Virus record (IMG/VR): IMGVR_UViG_3300043473_000069
Span: 1-64,000 of that record
Strand: one strand, 5' to 3'
DNA length: 64,000 nucleotides
Source: a virus
Taxonomy: Duplodnaviria; Caudoviricetes
Shown piece after piece: positions 45,032 through 54,890 of this stretch. A program made the position numbers and the translations under genes. Within the stretch, counting starts at the first letter, position 1, and each line of letters begins with the position of its first letter. Under the pieces are notes generated by a model. That model searched no databases. It worked only from the letters and a program-made list of their open reading frames with translations, and was not told the origin of the DNA.

Positions 45032-47948
45032 CGAGCCGTCGGCTGCTGGCAACCCGCCAGGGCCGAACATCAACGTGAACATGCCCGGCATGGAGGGTGC
45101 CGCACGGGTCGTGGACTCCGTGAAGGACGCCCTCAACGGCCTCAAGGCCGCACTGCGGGACATGGGTTGGCAGACGGCGGCGTCCTCGCTCAACTCGATG
45201 CTGGATGGCATCACGAAGCGGGCCACCGAGGCTGCCGATGCGCTCGGCAAGGCCTCAACCGCTGCCAACTCCGGTGGGTTCGCTGGAGGAGGCGGCGGTG
45301 GTGGGGGCGGAGGCGGTGCTGGCGGCGGTGGCGGCGGTTCGGGACCCCCCGCCTGGCAGACCGCTGCCGTCGCCAGCGCCACTGGTGCAGCAGGTGGGAG
45401 CGCTGGTGGAGGTACGGCTCCCGGTGGCCTCGACCTGACGTCAGCGATGATCGGCTCCGGTGCGGGCGGTGACTTCTCCAAGGCCCTCGCCCTGTTCCCG
45501 CTGCGCTTCATGCGGGACCAGATCAACACCAACCGGGCCAACGTCCTGACCCAGTCGGCGGCGCTCGGGCAGCAGGGCTTCGCCACGCACACCATCGATC
45601 AGTCGTTCCAGAACCAGTTGGCGACGATGCCTGGCTCAGTGCTGGGCACGGTCGGTGACCAACTGTCCCTCTTCGGCATGGCCCCGCAGTACGGCGCCAT
45701 GTACGGCTGGGGCACGGGCGCCAACGCACCACGGGCCAAGGGCTACCTGGAGAGCGTCCGCCAGGCGCAGATGATCAACCCTGGCGCCCAGGTGTCCGAA
45801 CTGGCCGGGATGATCGGTGAGCAGGGCCGTGCGCCCCGCCAGCAGCAGGCCCAGATGATGACCGGTGGGGCCTTCGGTCTGGTCAAGGCCGGTGGTGGTC
45901 AGAAGACGCTGCAGGAGTGGGCTGAGTCCATCCTGCGCTGGTTCGAAGGCCTCCGTGGTGGTGACGACCGGGGCAAGCCGTTCAGCTACGGCCAGTTGAT
46001 GGCGCAGTACTTCCCCGGCTCCAACATCGACGCCTGGTTCGACGCCAACGCCGTCACCGAGGACATGAAGTCGTACTGGTGGAGCTACGCCCTGGCGAAG
46101 ACCCAGAACGGCAACGCCGACACGCAGTCCGAGTTCCAGATCACGCCGCAGACGGAGAACCTGGCGCAGAACCGGCTGCGAGCCACCACGGCCATGACGG
46201 TTGGACAGTTCCAACTGGGCGGCACGATGGGTGGCGCCTACAACAACCGAGAGCAGTCGAACCGCTGGTTCAACGAGATGTTCTCGTCCTTCATCAACAA
46301 GGTGATCCCGACCGCCACGTCGTCGGGTCCGCTCCAGAGCCTGCAGTACATGCCGGACACCATGGAGCAGATCCTCATGACGATGATGGAGAACTCCGGC
46401 AAGTTCGGTGAGATCTTCGGCGGCATCCTCGGCTACGGCCGGGCCGGTGGAGGTGTGGCCCAGGGCATCGCCAACTGGGGCCTCGACGCACTGGATCCGC
46501 TCGGCCTGGTGCCTGGCAACACGGGTCGCTTCGGCATCGACCTGCCTGACGTCGGCAACCTGTGGGACTCGCTCACGCCTGGCGACTACGACGTCGGGGA
46601 CTACGGCCAATACGGGGGTACCACCACCGCCGGGCTGCACCCTGACATGCAGTCGAAGCTCGGGGCGATGATGCGGGACAACCCGAAGCTCCGTATCACA
46701 AGCGGGCTGCGGGACAACGCCATGCAGAAGCGCCTCAAGAAGAAGGGCGTGGGCAGGGTGTCGGGGAAGCCCTCGGCGCACACCAGTGGCCTGGCTGCCG
46801 ACCTCGGCCCGAAGAACCAGTACGACTGGATCACCAAGAACGCCAGCCGCTACGGCCTCAAGTCCGGCAAGAGCAAGGGCGAGCCGTGGCACGTCGGCAT
46901 GGGCGACATGTCGAGCCCGTGGGTGGGCGACTACGACGCAGGCATCGGTGACCTCGACATCACCGACTGGATCAAGAGCATCAAGGACCTGCTCACCGGG
47001 AGCGACCCGATCGGTGGCGTCTCGGGGATGGCGACGCCGATCTTCGAACTGCTCGGCGGGCTCATGGCCGGTGGCGACGCTGACTTGAGCAAGCTGCAGT
47101 TCAAGGGCGACGTCTACTTCCAGTTGTACGAGAAGAGCAAGCAGGTCAGCTACGGCAAGGGCCTCGTCGCCAAGGTCTGGGACACGCTCAATCCGTTCGA
47201 CCAGGGCAAGTCGTGGGGCTCGGACACCGGCCCCGGCTCGGGCGCCTCCGGCGGCGGTGGTGCTCGTGGAGCGGCATACGGGGCTTTCGAGTCAGCACCC
47301 CCGGACATCCTCCAGGCGCTCTCGTCCGGCGACCAGATGACCCGAGGCAAGGCCGTGGCGAAGTCGCTGTACCAGGCGGGCTTCCGGGGCACCGACCTCA
47401 AGAACATGACGGCCGTCTCCTTCCGGGAGAGCAGTTGGACCTCCAACGAGGCCGACAACTGGGTGGAGGACAGCGACGACGTGGGTGGTGGCCTGCTCGG
47501 CATCAACCAGTTGCCGTTCATCCGGGCCGGGATGACGCCGCCCTACACCAAGGGCGACATCCTCGATCCGTACATCAACGCCCGCATCGCCTACGACATG
47601 TTCACCCGCAGCCCCGAGGCCAAGGGCCGCATCGGTGCCGGACCCAAGGGCTACACGCCCTGGGACTTCCCCGGTGCCCCGGACTGGAAGCACAACGTGG
47701 ACTTCGCCAAGGGCACGGCGGCGGTGCAGGCGGCAGGGCTGGGTGACATCGACTACGGCGCCATGCGCTACGACGACCTGATGGGGCACGCCAAGCCCGT
47801 CGAGCAGAAGCAGACGGTTGAGTTCCACAACACGTTCCAGATCGGTACCGGTGTATCAAACACCGGTATCGACCTTCGGCGCACCGCTTCGACGATCGCC
47901 GATCACCTCGAAAACGAGATGAAGCAACGACTGCAGAGGGTGTCGTGA
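45024..47948 (+). CDS. Tape measure protein with M15 peptidase and lytic transglycosylase-like domains
   Basis: Position; ITSGLR..SAHTSGLAAD..EPWHV (M15); RES..GLLGIN..DPYINARIA..PW (SLT-like). Confidence 0.85.
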   Translation: MPDEPSAAGNPPGPNINVNMPGMEGAARVVDSVKDALNGLKAALRDMGWQTAASSLNSMLDGITKRATEAADALGKASTAANSGGFAGGGGGGGGGGGAGGGGGGSGPPAWQTAAVASATGAAGGSAGGGTAPGGLDLTSAMIGSGAGGDFSKALALFPLRFMRDQINTNRANVLTQSAALGQQGFATHTIDQSFQNQLATMPGSVLGTVGDQLSLFGMAPQYGAMYGWGTGANAPRAKGYLESVRQAQMINPGAQVSELAGMIGEQGRAPRQQQAQMMTGGAFGLVKAGGGQKTLQEWAESILRWFEGLRGGDDRGKPFSYGQLMAQYFPGSNIDAWFDANAVTEDMKSYWWSYALAKTQNGNADTQSEFQITPQTENLAQNRLRATTAMTVGQFQLGGTMGGAYNNREQSNRWFNEMFSSFINKVIPTATSSGPLQSLQYMPDTMEQILMTMMENSGKFGEIFGGILGYGRAGGGVAQGIANWGLDALDPLGLVPGNTGRFGIDLPDVGNLWDSLTPGDYDVGDYGQYGGTTTAGLHPDMQSKLGAMMRDNPKLRITSGLRDNAMQKRLKKKGVGRVSGKPSAHTSGLAADLGPKNQYDWITKNASRYGLKSGKSKGEPWHVGMGDMSSPWVGDYDAGIGDLDITDWIKSIKDLLTGSDPIGGVSGMATPIFELLGGLMAGGDADLSKLQFKGDVYFQLYEKSKQVSYGKGLVAKVWDTLNPFDQGKSWGSDTGPGSGASGGGGARGAAYGAFESAPPDILQALSSGDQMTRGKAVAKSLYQAGFRGTDLKNMTAVSFRESSWTSNEADNWVEDSDDVGGGLLGINQLPFIRAGMTPPYTKGDILDPYINARIAYDMFTRSPEAKGRIGAGPKGYTPWDFPGAPDWKHNVDFAKGTAAVQAAGLGDIDYGAMRYDDLMGHAKPVEQKQTVEFHNTFQIGTGVSNTGIDLRRTASTIADHLENEMKQRLQRVS

Positions 47949-49474
47949 CAGGCAACAAGTACGGGATCAAGAACGTCTACCGGCCATCACAGTTGGCCCC
48001 CAGGGCTTACGGCTGGTCCACGGCCCCTCCGTACACGAGGGCTGACGTGCCCACGGCGCTCATGGAGCGACCGGCCAACATCACCTCGGACCAGTTGGCC
48101 CAGCAGTTCGCCTACGAGTGGTTCCAGAGCGGCGAGTCATCGATGGGCCTCTCCAACCCGCCCTTCGTGAGCGGCGCTGCCGGGCGTCTCCTGCCTGGCC
48201 TCAACGAGGGCTCCGGTGGACCGGCACGGATCCTGCGGGGCTACATCCGGCGCTCCCAGTACGAGGTGGGTGATGCCAAGAGCCGGGCTCGGCTCTACTT
48301 CATGTACAACCCCGAGATCATCAGCCGGGACTACGTGAGCTACCTCGACCAGGGAGCGCTCGACCCCTTCAACACCGTGTACCAGAGCGGCAACCTGGTG
48401 GCGCCGCCCAGCATCCTCGACTTCTCCTTCGACCTGTTCTTCGACCGCCAGGAGGAGGCGACGCAGAAGAGCCACCCTGGTGTCTTCGTGGACTACCAGT
48501 TCTTCGACCTCGTGGTCCGCAACGTGGTGCCCACCGACGTCAACGCCACCAGCAACACGCTCCCCGACAACGGCGTGATGATGGTCAACCCCCGCAACAT
48601 CACGGTGGTGTTCAGCCCGCAGTTGACGGTGGAGGGCCGACCGCTCAACGCACGGGTGACCTTCGAGAAGTTCACCCACCGTATGACACCGATCCGCATG
48701 CGTATCTCACTGACGATGCGTGCGGTGTACATGGGTCCGATCAAGGACATGACCGAGTACCGGGCCGAGGTCTTCCAGGCGGAGGCGTCCATCCCTACGG
48801 GTGAGGTCTTCAACCCCCCCTACATCTGGAACATGGAGGGCCTGCAGGAGGCTCAGGAGGCCTGGGCGGCTGACCCCACGGGCGCTGGGTCGTCCACCAA
48901 CACCAGCACGCAGAACTACGGCAGCCAGCAGAGCTTCGCCAACACCAACAACGGCCAAGCCCGCAAGAACGCCCTCGACTACGCCAAGGCCCACATCATC
49001 GAGGGCACCACTCGCTACGCCTCGGAGGGCTCGGGCCTCGGGCGCAACAACCTGCCGACGTCGGCGGAGTGCTCGGGTCTGATCACCGGGTGCTACAAGG
49101 CGGTGGGTCTGGCGGACGGGATGGGCTGGAGCGACCTGCCGGGCACTCACGTCATCATCTCCCGGCTCAACTCCAGCAACTACAAGAACGCCCAGAAGTT
49201 CTCCTACGACGACATCTACGCCGGGAAGCTGCAGTACGGGGACATCATCATCCGACCCGGCCACATGCGCTGGTTTGAGGAGTACACGGGTGGTACCGGG
49301 ATACGGCTCACCGACGCCGCCTCGGCCTCGTCGTCCCCCCAGGTGGGCTCCCGTGTCCAGAACAGCAAGCTGACGACGGACTACTTCGCCTTCCGTCCCA
49401 TGCCCCTGGGTGCCGACATGTCATACAACGCCACGAACAACCCCGCCTCCAGCAACGCACCGAGGGCTGTCTGA
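47945..49474 (+). CDS. Tube initiator/baseplate protein with C-terminal NlpC/P60-like domain
   Basis: FMYNP..F.L.FDR..F...M.P.R; ECSGL..GDII.RPGH. Confidence 0.75.
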   Translation: MTGNKYGIKNVYRPSQLAPRAYGWSTAPPYTRADVPTALMERPANITSDQLAQQFAYEWFQSGESSMGLSNPPFVSGAAGRLLPGLNEGSGGPARILRGYIRRSQYEVGDAKSRARLYFMYNPEIISRDYVSYLDQGALDPFNTVYQSGNLVAPPSILDFSFDLFFDRQEEATQKSHPGVFVDYQFFDLVVRNVVPTDVNATSNTLPDNGVMMVNPRNITVVFSPQLTVEGRPLNARVTFEKFTHRMTPIRMRISLTMRAVYMGPIKDMTEYRAEVFQAEASIPTGEVFNPPYIWNMEGLQEAQEAWAADPTGAGSSTNTSTQNYGSQQSFANTNNGQARKNALDYAKAHIIEGTTRYASEGSGLGRNNLPTSAECSGLITGCYKAVGLADGMGWSDLPGTHVIISRLNSSNYKNAQKFSYDDIYAGKLQYGDIIIRPGHMRWFEEYTGGTGIRLTDAASASSSPQVGSRVQNSKLTTDYFAFRPMPLGADMSYNATNNPASSNAPRAV

Positions 49475-49809
49475 TGACCGTGCAGTCGGGTTCCCGCTAC
49501 CAGGACGCTGAGCACCAGTTCACGGGCAAGCACTACTACGACATGTGGAGCCACCCGCTGCTGCACAGCGAGGACGGCACGCTGCGCTTCATGGACACGA
49601 GCGTGGACACGCTCTACATGCTCACCACTCTTCCCCTCCCGCCCCCACCGCCAGCGGAGTACTACGCCAAGGACGGTGAGCACTTCCCGTTCCTGGCCTT
49701 CAAGTTCATGCAGGACTCCACCCGGTGGTGGGAGATCGCTGAGGTCAACCCAGGCGTGTGGTACCCGCTCGACCTGGAGATGGGGATGTACCTCCGGGTG
49801 CCGTCATGA
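49474..49809 (+). CDS. LysM-like (tail X/gp53) baseplate protein
   Basis: GSRY..LA.KF..D.TRWWEIAEVNP..L..G..LRVP. Confidence 0.85.
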   Translation: MTVQSGSRYQDAEHQFTGKHYYDMWSHPLLHSEDGTLRFMDTSVDTLYMLTTLPLPPPPPAEYYAKDGEHFPFLAFKFMQDSTRWWEIAEVNPGVWYPLDLEMGMYLRVPS

Positions 49810-50981
49810 GCCTGACCGACCTGCTGTCGCAGCCTGACGCTCGCTCGACCAAGGGCAGGGTGCCGATCTTCCGGCCCATGCTCAACGGCGAGGAGTTCGA
49901 CGTGACGTTCCAGGAGGCCGGGATCCAGATGGGCGAGGGCGCCCACGACACCGTGATCGTCCAGTGCCAGTCGTCCACGTTGACCGACACGGACGGCATG
50001 CTCAACTCGGCCATCAGCTTCTACTGGGGCCAGGCACCACGGACCGAACTGTTCTGCGGCTACATCGTGGGCGTCGGCATCACCAAGTCCGGTGAGGGCT
50101 CGCTCTCCTTCGGCCTGATCATCCTCGGTGCGACCAAGGTGATGCAGGAGGGCAAGCCTCGCTTCTGGACCAACCGCACGGTGCCCTCTGCGATCACGAC
50201 GTTGGCCTACTCCAACAACCTCGGCGTGCACACCCACCAGCACGACTTCGTGTGGGGCTCGATGGCGCAGACCGATCAGTCTGACTGGAAGATGCTCGAC
50301 ATCCAGGTGGGTCGGCTCGGCTGGTCCACCTTCAACCGGTACGGTGTGATACTCGCCTATGACGCACTGCAGTTGTTCCAGGACTCGGGGAGCTACTGCA
50401 CCCTCCAGTCGTCGCAGGACCAGGACTTCGATCCCACGGCGGAGCGGCGGCTGATCGAGTTCTCACCCAACGAGGAGTCGGACGAGAACCCTGACTCGAT
50501 GGGCACCAAGGTCGCCTACTTCACCGACCGCAACGACGTCCAGGTCACCAAGCAGGCGGGTGACCACAGCAGGTACAAGTTCATCACCCAGTGGGTGCTG
50601 CGGAACGCCGAGGAAGCAGCCCTCTACGCCAACGCTCCGACGGTCAAGCCTGGCTCATGGGACCAGACGGCCACGGCCCGCATCTGGGGTGACTCCGACA
50701 TCTACCCCGGCCTGTGCGTGGACGTCGTCACGACCAACAACACCTACCTCAAGAACAAGTACGACGGGCGCTGGCTCGTGCTGGCGGTGCAGCACAAGAT
50801 GGACCGCCAGTCCTTCCAGACGCAGTTGGCGATGGCCCGCCCAGCGAGTGATACACGGGTAACACAGGAGTCCTACCGTCCGTTCTGGGCTGTCGCTGGG
50901 AAGCCCCGCCCAGGCCTGTCGCTGCTCGATGGCGTGTGGACGTCGTCGTGGACCGACCCACGAGTGCAGAGCGTGATGTGA
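49806..50981 (+). CDS. Baseplate hub (gpD/gp27/VgrG-like)
   Basis: F.GYI, Q..QSDW..L, G...I.PG..V..YDGRWLV.AV.H. Confidence 0.85.
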   Translation: MSLTDLLSQPDARSTKGRVPIFRPMLNGEEFDVTFQEAGIQMGEGAHDTVIVQCQSSTLTDTDGMLNSAISFYWGQAPRTELFCGYIVGVGITKSGEGSLSFGLIILGATKVMQEGKPRFWTNRTVPSAITTLAYSNNLGVHTHQHDFVWGSMAQTDQSDWKMLDIQVGRLGWSTFNRYGVILAYDALQLFQDSGSYCTLQSSQDQDFDPTAERRLIEFSPNEESDENPDSMGTKVAYFTDRNDVQVTKQAGDHSRYKFITQWVLRNAEEAALYANAPTVKPGSWDQTATARIWGDSDIYPGLCVDVVTTNNTYLKNKYDGRWLVLAVQHKMDRQSFQTQLAMARPASDTRVTQESYRPFWAVAGKPRPGLSLLDGVWTSSWTDPRVQSVM

Positions 50982-51415
50982 GAGCGATCCAGTACCCCTT
51001 CCATCTCGACCGCAACAAGAACGTGGCCGAGTGCGTGAGCTACGACGACGTCGTCCGTGGACAGGTCATCGATGCTCTCATGACCAACCAGGGCGAGCGT
51101 GTGTTCCGCCCCCGCTACGGCTGCGACGTGCAGGCGGCACTGTTCGACCCCACCGACGAGTTGGTGCGCCGGGACGCAGCGGCCTTCCTCAAGACCAAGC
51201 TGGAGAACACGGTGACCCGTGCCATCATCCGCTCGGTCACCCTGGACCCGCAGTTGGGCTTCTCCCAGCCGACGCCGCTGTATCACAGCGACCCCTCTGC
51301 TGTGGTCATCACCGTCGTCTACCGGGCCTCGCTCTACGCCACCGACACAACGATCAACATCCCCGTGGCGTCTGAGTACGTCCGCCGACAGCTTGAAGGA
51401 GGGGTCTTCGAATGA
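50978..51415 (+). CDS. Baseplate wedge gp25/gpW-like
   Basis: LMTNQGERVFRPRYGC....LFDP. Confidence 0.9.
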   Translation: MRAIQYPFHLDRNKNVAECVSYDDVVRGQVIDALMTNQGERVFRPRYGCDVQAALFDPTDELVRRDAAAFLKTKLENTVTRAIIRSVTLDPQLGFSQPTPLYHSDPSAVVITVVYRASLYATDTTINIPVASEYVRRQLEGGVFE

Positions 51416-53313
51416 GTGATACAGGGATCCTTGTCTCACTGGAGAACGAGGACGCCTACCGCTCCAGCGTCGTCCTCGACTACACGAGCCGTGACTTCAC
51501 GGCCATCCGTGCCCAGTTGGTGGGCCTCGCCCAAGGACTCATGCCCGACTGGGAGACGGTCGGGGAGGCCAGCGACTTCGGGACGCTGCTCCTGGAGTTG
51601 TTCAGCTACATGGGCGACGTCATGCACTTCTACATCGACCGGACGGCGTCGGAGGCGTTCCTCGGTACGGCACTACGGCGGCAGAGCGTGCTCTACATCG
51701 CTGACATGCTGGGATACCGCCCTATCGGTCAGCAAGCCGCCTCGGTGATGGTGGAGTTCACGCTCGACGCCAACGCCACGGAGCAGATCGTCATCCCCCA
51801 GGGCGCTCGGGTCTACAACGAGGCGAGCAACGCTGACGATCTCATCGTCTTCGAAACTGACTACCCGATGAAGGTGACACCGGGCGAGACGCTGGGTGTG
51901 TTCTGCACCGAGGGCATCACCCAGCACGACCGCCTGCTCGGCGTGAGCAAGGGCGCCCCCAACGCTGAGTACGTCATCCCCGACAAGGGGATCGTCTTCA
52001 ACACGGTGAGCATCCGCAGCAACGAGGCCGGGCAGACGTTGCCGTGGGCCTTCGTCACCGACCTGTCGCTGGCTCGTCCCACGCAGCCAGCGTTCACCAC
52101 GTTCCTGGACGACGCCGACTTCACCCACGTCATCTTCGGGGACAACTCTGCTGGCCGCATCCCACCAGTCAATGCCGAACTGTTCGTGACATACAGGTTC
52201 GGTCGTGGTGCCCAGGCGAACGACCTTGCCTCCGACTCCATCAACTCACTGGCGGCAAGCTCGGCGCCCGGTGTGGACCTGTGGGGTGTCACCGTCCGCA
52301 ACCCCGAGAGCCCGACCGGTGGCACCGACCCCGAGACGGTGGACGCCATGCGTCAGTCGATCCCCCGTGCCGCTGCCCGCATCAAGAGCCGGGCTGTGAC
52401 GCTCAACGACTACGCCGACCTCGCCATGCAGGTGCCCGGCGTCGCCAAGAGCGTGGCCCACGGCACCGTCTACACGGCCGTGCACGTTCGCATCGCACCG
52501 ACCGGTGGCGTCGCCAGCCAGAACACGATGACCCGCCTCATCGCCTCGGTCGAGGACTACATGAAGGACAAGATCATCGTCGGCTCGACGGTGTACGCCG
52601 ACCCCGAGGACGTCGATGACCTGTGGCAGCCCATCTTCATCCGGGTGCTCGTGCACGTCACCGAGGGCTTCAACCAGACCAGCGTGCGGCTGCAGGTGGA
52701 GTCGGTCATCCGCCAGATGCTGAGCTTCGATGCCGTGGACTTCGGCCGGGCGGTGACGATCGGCAAGGTCTACCGCTCGGCCCTCGCTGTGCAGGGTGCG
52801 GACTACGCCGAACTCATGTGGCTCGACACCACGGAGCCCACCGTGGCCCAGGACAAGGCGATGGCACCGATCGACACCACCGCTGACCCCACGCCGAACC
52901 CCACGCACATCAAGGACATCCACACCGACCCGCTGCTGATCCCCCGCATCCAGCCCCCGCTGGAGATCAAGACGGGCAACGTGAGCAACAAGGCGCTGAC
53001 GTCCAACGTCGCCACGTTGACCTACAGCACCGCCGACATGCTCAACCCGACGTTCAAGGTGGGCGACCTCGTGGACGTGTCGGGCGTGGACGCCACCTTC
53101 AACGGGCGCTTCACCCTCACCGCTGCCACCGGCACGACGGTGAGCTACGCCAAGACCAACGCCAACATCACAGCGGTTGCTGCGACCGGCAAGATCACGC
53201 TGGTCGATCCCCATGCCCCCGAGTTGGAGACGGACTTCCCCGGCCTCGATGAGGTGGAGCGCACGCACGACGGCCTGTGGGTGTGGGCTGATGGAGGTGT
53301 GCCCGGCACATGA
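51412..53313 (+). CDS. Baseplate J/gp6-like wedge protein
   Basis: DYTSRDF, DFG..LLELF.Y.GD, FGD...GRIP, GG.DPET, RAVT..DY..VPGVAK. Confidence 0.93.
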   Translation: MSDTGILVSLENEDAYRSSVVLDYTSRDFTAIRAQLVGLAQGLMPDWETVGEASDFGTLLLELFSYMGDVMHFYIDRTASEAFLGTALRRQSVLYIADMLGYRPIGQQAASVMVEFTLDANATEQIVIPQGARVYNEASNADDLIVFETDYPMKVTPGETLGVFCTEGITQHDRLLGVSKGAPNAEYVIPDKGIVFNTVSIRSNEAGQTLPWAFVTDLSLARPTQPAFTTFLDDADFTHVIFGDNSAGRIPPVNAELFVTYRFGRGAQANDLASDSINSLAASSAPGVDLWGVTVRNPESPTGGTDPETVDAMRQSIPRAAARIKSRAVTLNDYADLAMQVPGVAKSVAHGTVYTAVHVRIAPTGGVASQNTMTRLIASVEDYMKDKIIVGSTVYADPEDVDDLWQPIFIRVLVHVTEGFNQTSVRLQVESVIRQMLSFDAVDFGRAVTIGKVYRSALAVQGADYAELMWLDTTEPTVAQDKAMAPIDTTADPTPNPTHIKDIHTDPLLIPRIQPPLEIKTGNVSNKALTSNVATLTYSTADMLNPTFKVGDLVDVSGVDATFNGRFTLTAATGTTVSYAKTNANITAVAATGKITLVDPHAPELETDFPGLDEVERTHDGLWVWADGGVPGT

Positions 53314-54890
53314 GCAACGACTGGTGGCCGCTCGACTACGCCAACCCGGCGTTCCAGGTCCAGCGTCAGGAGTACGGCCTGGCGACGGGCGGCGACTACG
53401 TCCGTGGCTCGTCGGTGTCCACGCTGCCGAACACAGCGCTGCGCTACCCCACGTCGAAGAAGGGCTACGACGCTGTCCGCAACAAGGGGTACCTCACGAT
53501 CCGCCCCTTCGACTACTTCACGGCCGAGATCGCCTGGGGCTGGCCGCTCGGTATCACCGAGGAGTGGCTGGAGATGGCGCTCGTGCGCTCCGGCTTCGGT
53601 GACCCGGTCACGGTGAACGATGGCGAGACGGTGCTGTACGGCAACCGTGCTGCGTTCACCGCCGACGCCACGCTGATCCCGCCACCCATCGTGTACGACC
53701 AGCCGCTGCAGCCCGGCCACTGGTACTACTACTCGCTGTTCTTCAAGACGACGCCGCTCGACTGGGTCCAGGCGATGACCGGCAACGTGCTGATCCCCCG
53801 CAACTACGGCCACGCCGACCACCTGTGGAACGCCGTGCCGCCCTTCTACCAGACCACCGACTCCAACCTCCGTGAGGGCAACGGGCCACTGCGCCAGTTC
53901 CTCACGGTCTTCGGTTTCGAGATGGACCAGACCCGCTCCTTCGTGGAGTCGTGGCAGGAGACGTATCACATCGACACCTGTCCCATGCCGTTGCTCAAGC
54001 GGGTGGGCGAGAACTTCGGTGAGCCCTACGCCGGGGGTATCGGTGGTGTCCGATACCGGGGTTTGCTGGCAGCCCTGCCGGAAGCCCTCTCGATGCGTGG
54101 CACCACGGTGGCGCTGCGTCAGATCATCGAGGCGGCATCGAAGTACGACTGCGACCTCTCGGTCGGCGGCAACCTCTTGCTGCTGCCCGACGACAGCGAC
54201 TTCTACTACGGCACCGGGTCGTGGGCGGCGCTCAACCCCACCGTGGGCTATCCCAACCCGTACACGGTCTACACGTCGGTCTTCCTGTCGAGCACGTCAC
54301 CCGGCATGGTCGCACCACCAACCAACGCTGGACGTGGATCGATGCTCGTTCGCACGACCAAGGCCGCAGCGACACAGGACCTCGTGATCACCTGCGGCGA
54401 CGGCATCAACACGGAGCGCCAGATCATCCCGCTCTACACAGGCGTGCCGGTGGAGCCCAACGCCACGTACGGCTTCTCGGTCCAGGTGAAGATGGAGAAC
54501 CCCTCGGCGGTGGTGGCGGAGCTTCTGTGGTTCGGGGAGGGAGGCAACCCCTCGGACTACCTGGGCTACACCCCCGGTGTCTCCAGCGCTCCCGCCAACA
54601 ACACGGCCTGGTTCACCTACCAGGCACAGGGCGCAGCCCCGGCGGGCGCTGTCTACATGGTGCCTGCGATCCGTGTCACCAACCGCATCTCCGGGTCGGA
54701 TCCCAACTACTCGTCCTCGCTGTGGATGGCCGGGGCGATGTCGTACCTGCTGGCTGCGGGCGGCGAGGTCACGGTGCCTCCGCCGGACTCGTATCTCACG
54801 ATGGGCGATCCGGCGGAGCCCCTGGGTGCGCTCGACGCCTCGGGTCACCCGACCTTCAAGCCCTACATCATCGGGACTCCGAACACATGA
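53310..54890 (+). CDS. Baseplate wedge gpI/gp7-like protein
   Basis: P.FY..L..FL..FGFE.D..RGT..AL; follows baseplate J. Confidence 0.75.
   Translation: MSNDWWPLDYANPAFQVQRQEYGLATGGDYVRGSSVSTLPNTALRYPTSKKGYDAVRNKGYLTIRPFDYFTAEIAWGWPLGITEEWLEMALVRSGFGDPVTVNDGETVLYGNRAAFTADATLIPPPIVYDQPLQPGHWYYYSLFFKTTPLDWVQAMTGNVLIPRNYGHADHLWNAVPPFYQTTDSNLREGNGPLRQFLTVFGFEMDQTRSFVESWQETYHIDTCPMPLLKRVGENFGEPYAGGIGGVRYRGLLAALPEALSMRGTTVALRQIIEAASKYDCDLSVGGNLLLLPDDSDFYYGTGSWAALNPTVGYPNPYTVYTSVFLSSTSPGMVAPPTNAGRGSMLVRTTKAAATQDLVITCGDGINTERQIIPLYTGVPVEPNATYGFSVQVKMENPSAVVAELLWFGEGGNPSDYLGYTPGVSSAPANNTAWFTYQAQGAAPAGAVYMVPAIRVTNRISGSDPNYSSSLWMAGAMSYLLAAGGEVTVPPPDSYLTMGDPAEPLGALDASGHPTFKPYIIGTPNT

Noticed and set aside
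45280-45345. G-rich tract as a G-quadruplex or other DNA element
   Set aside because: Explained by a poly-Gly linker with mixed GGN codons in the tape measure.
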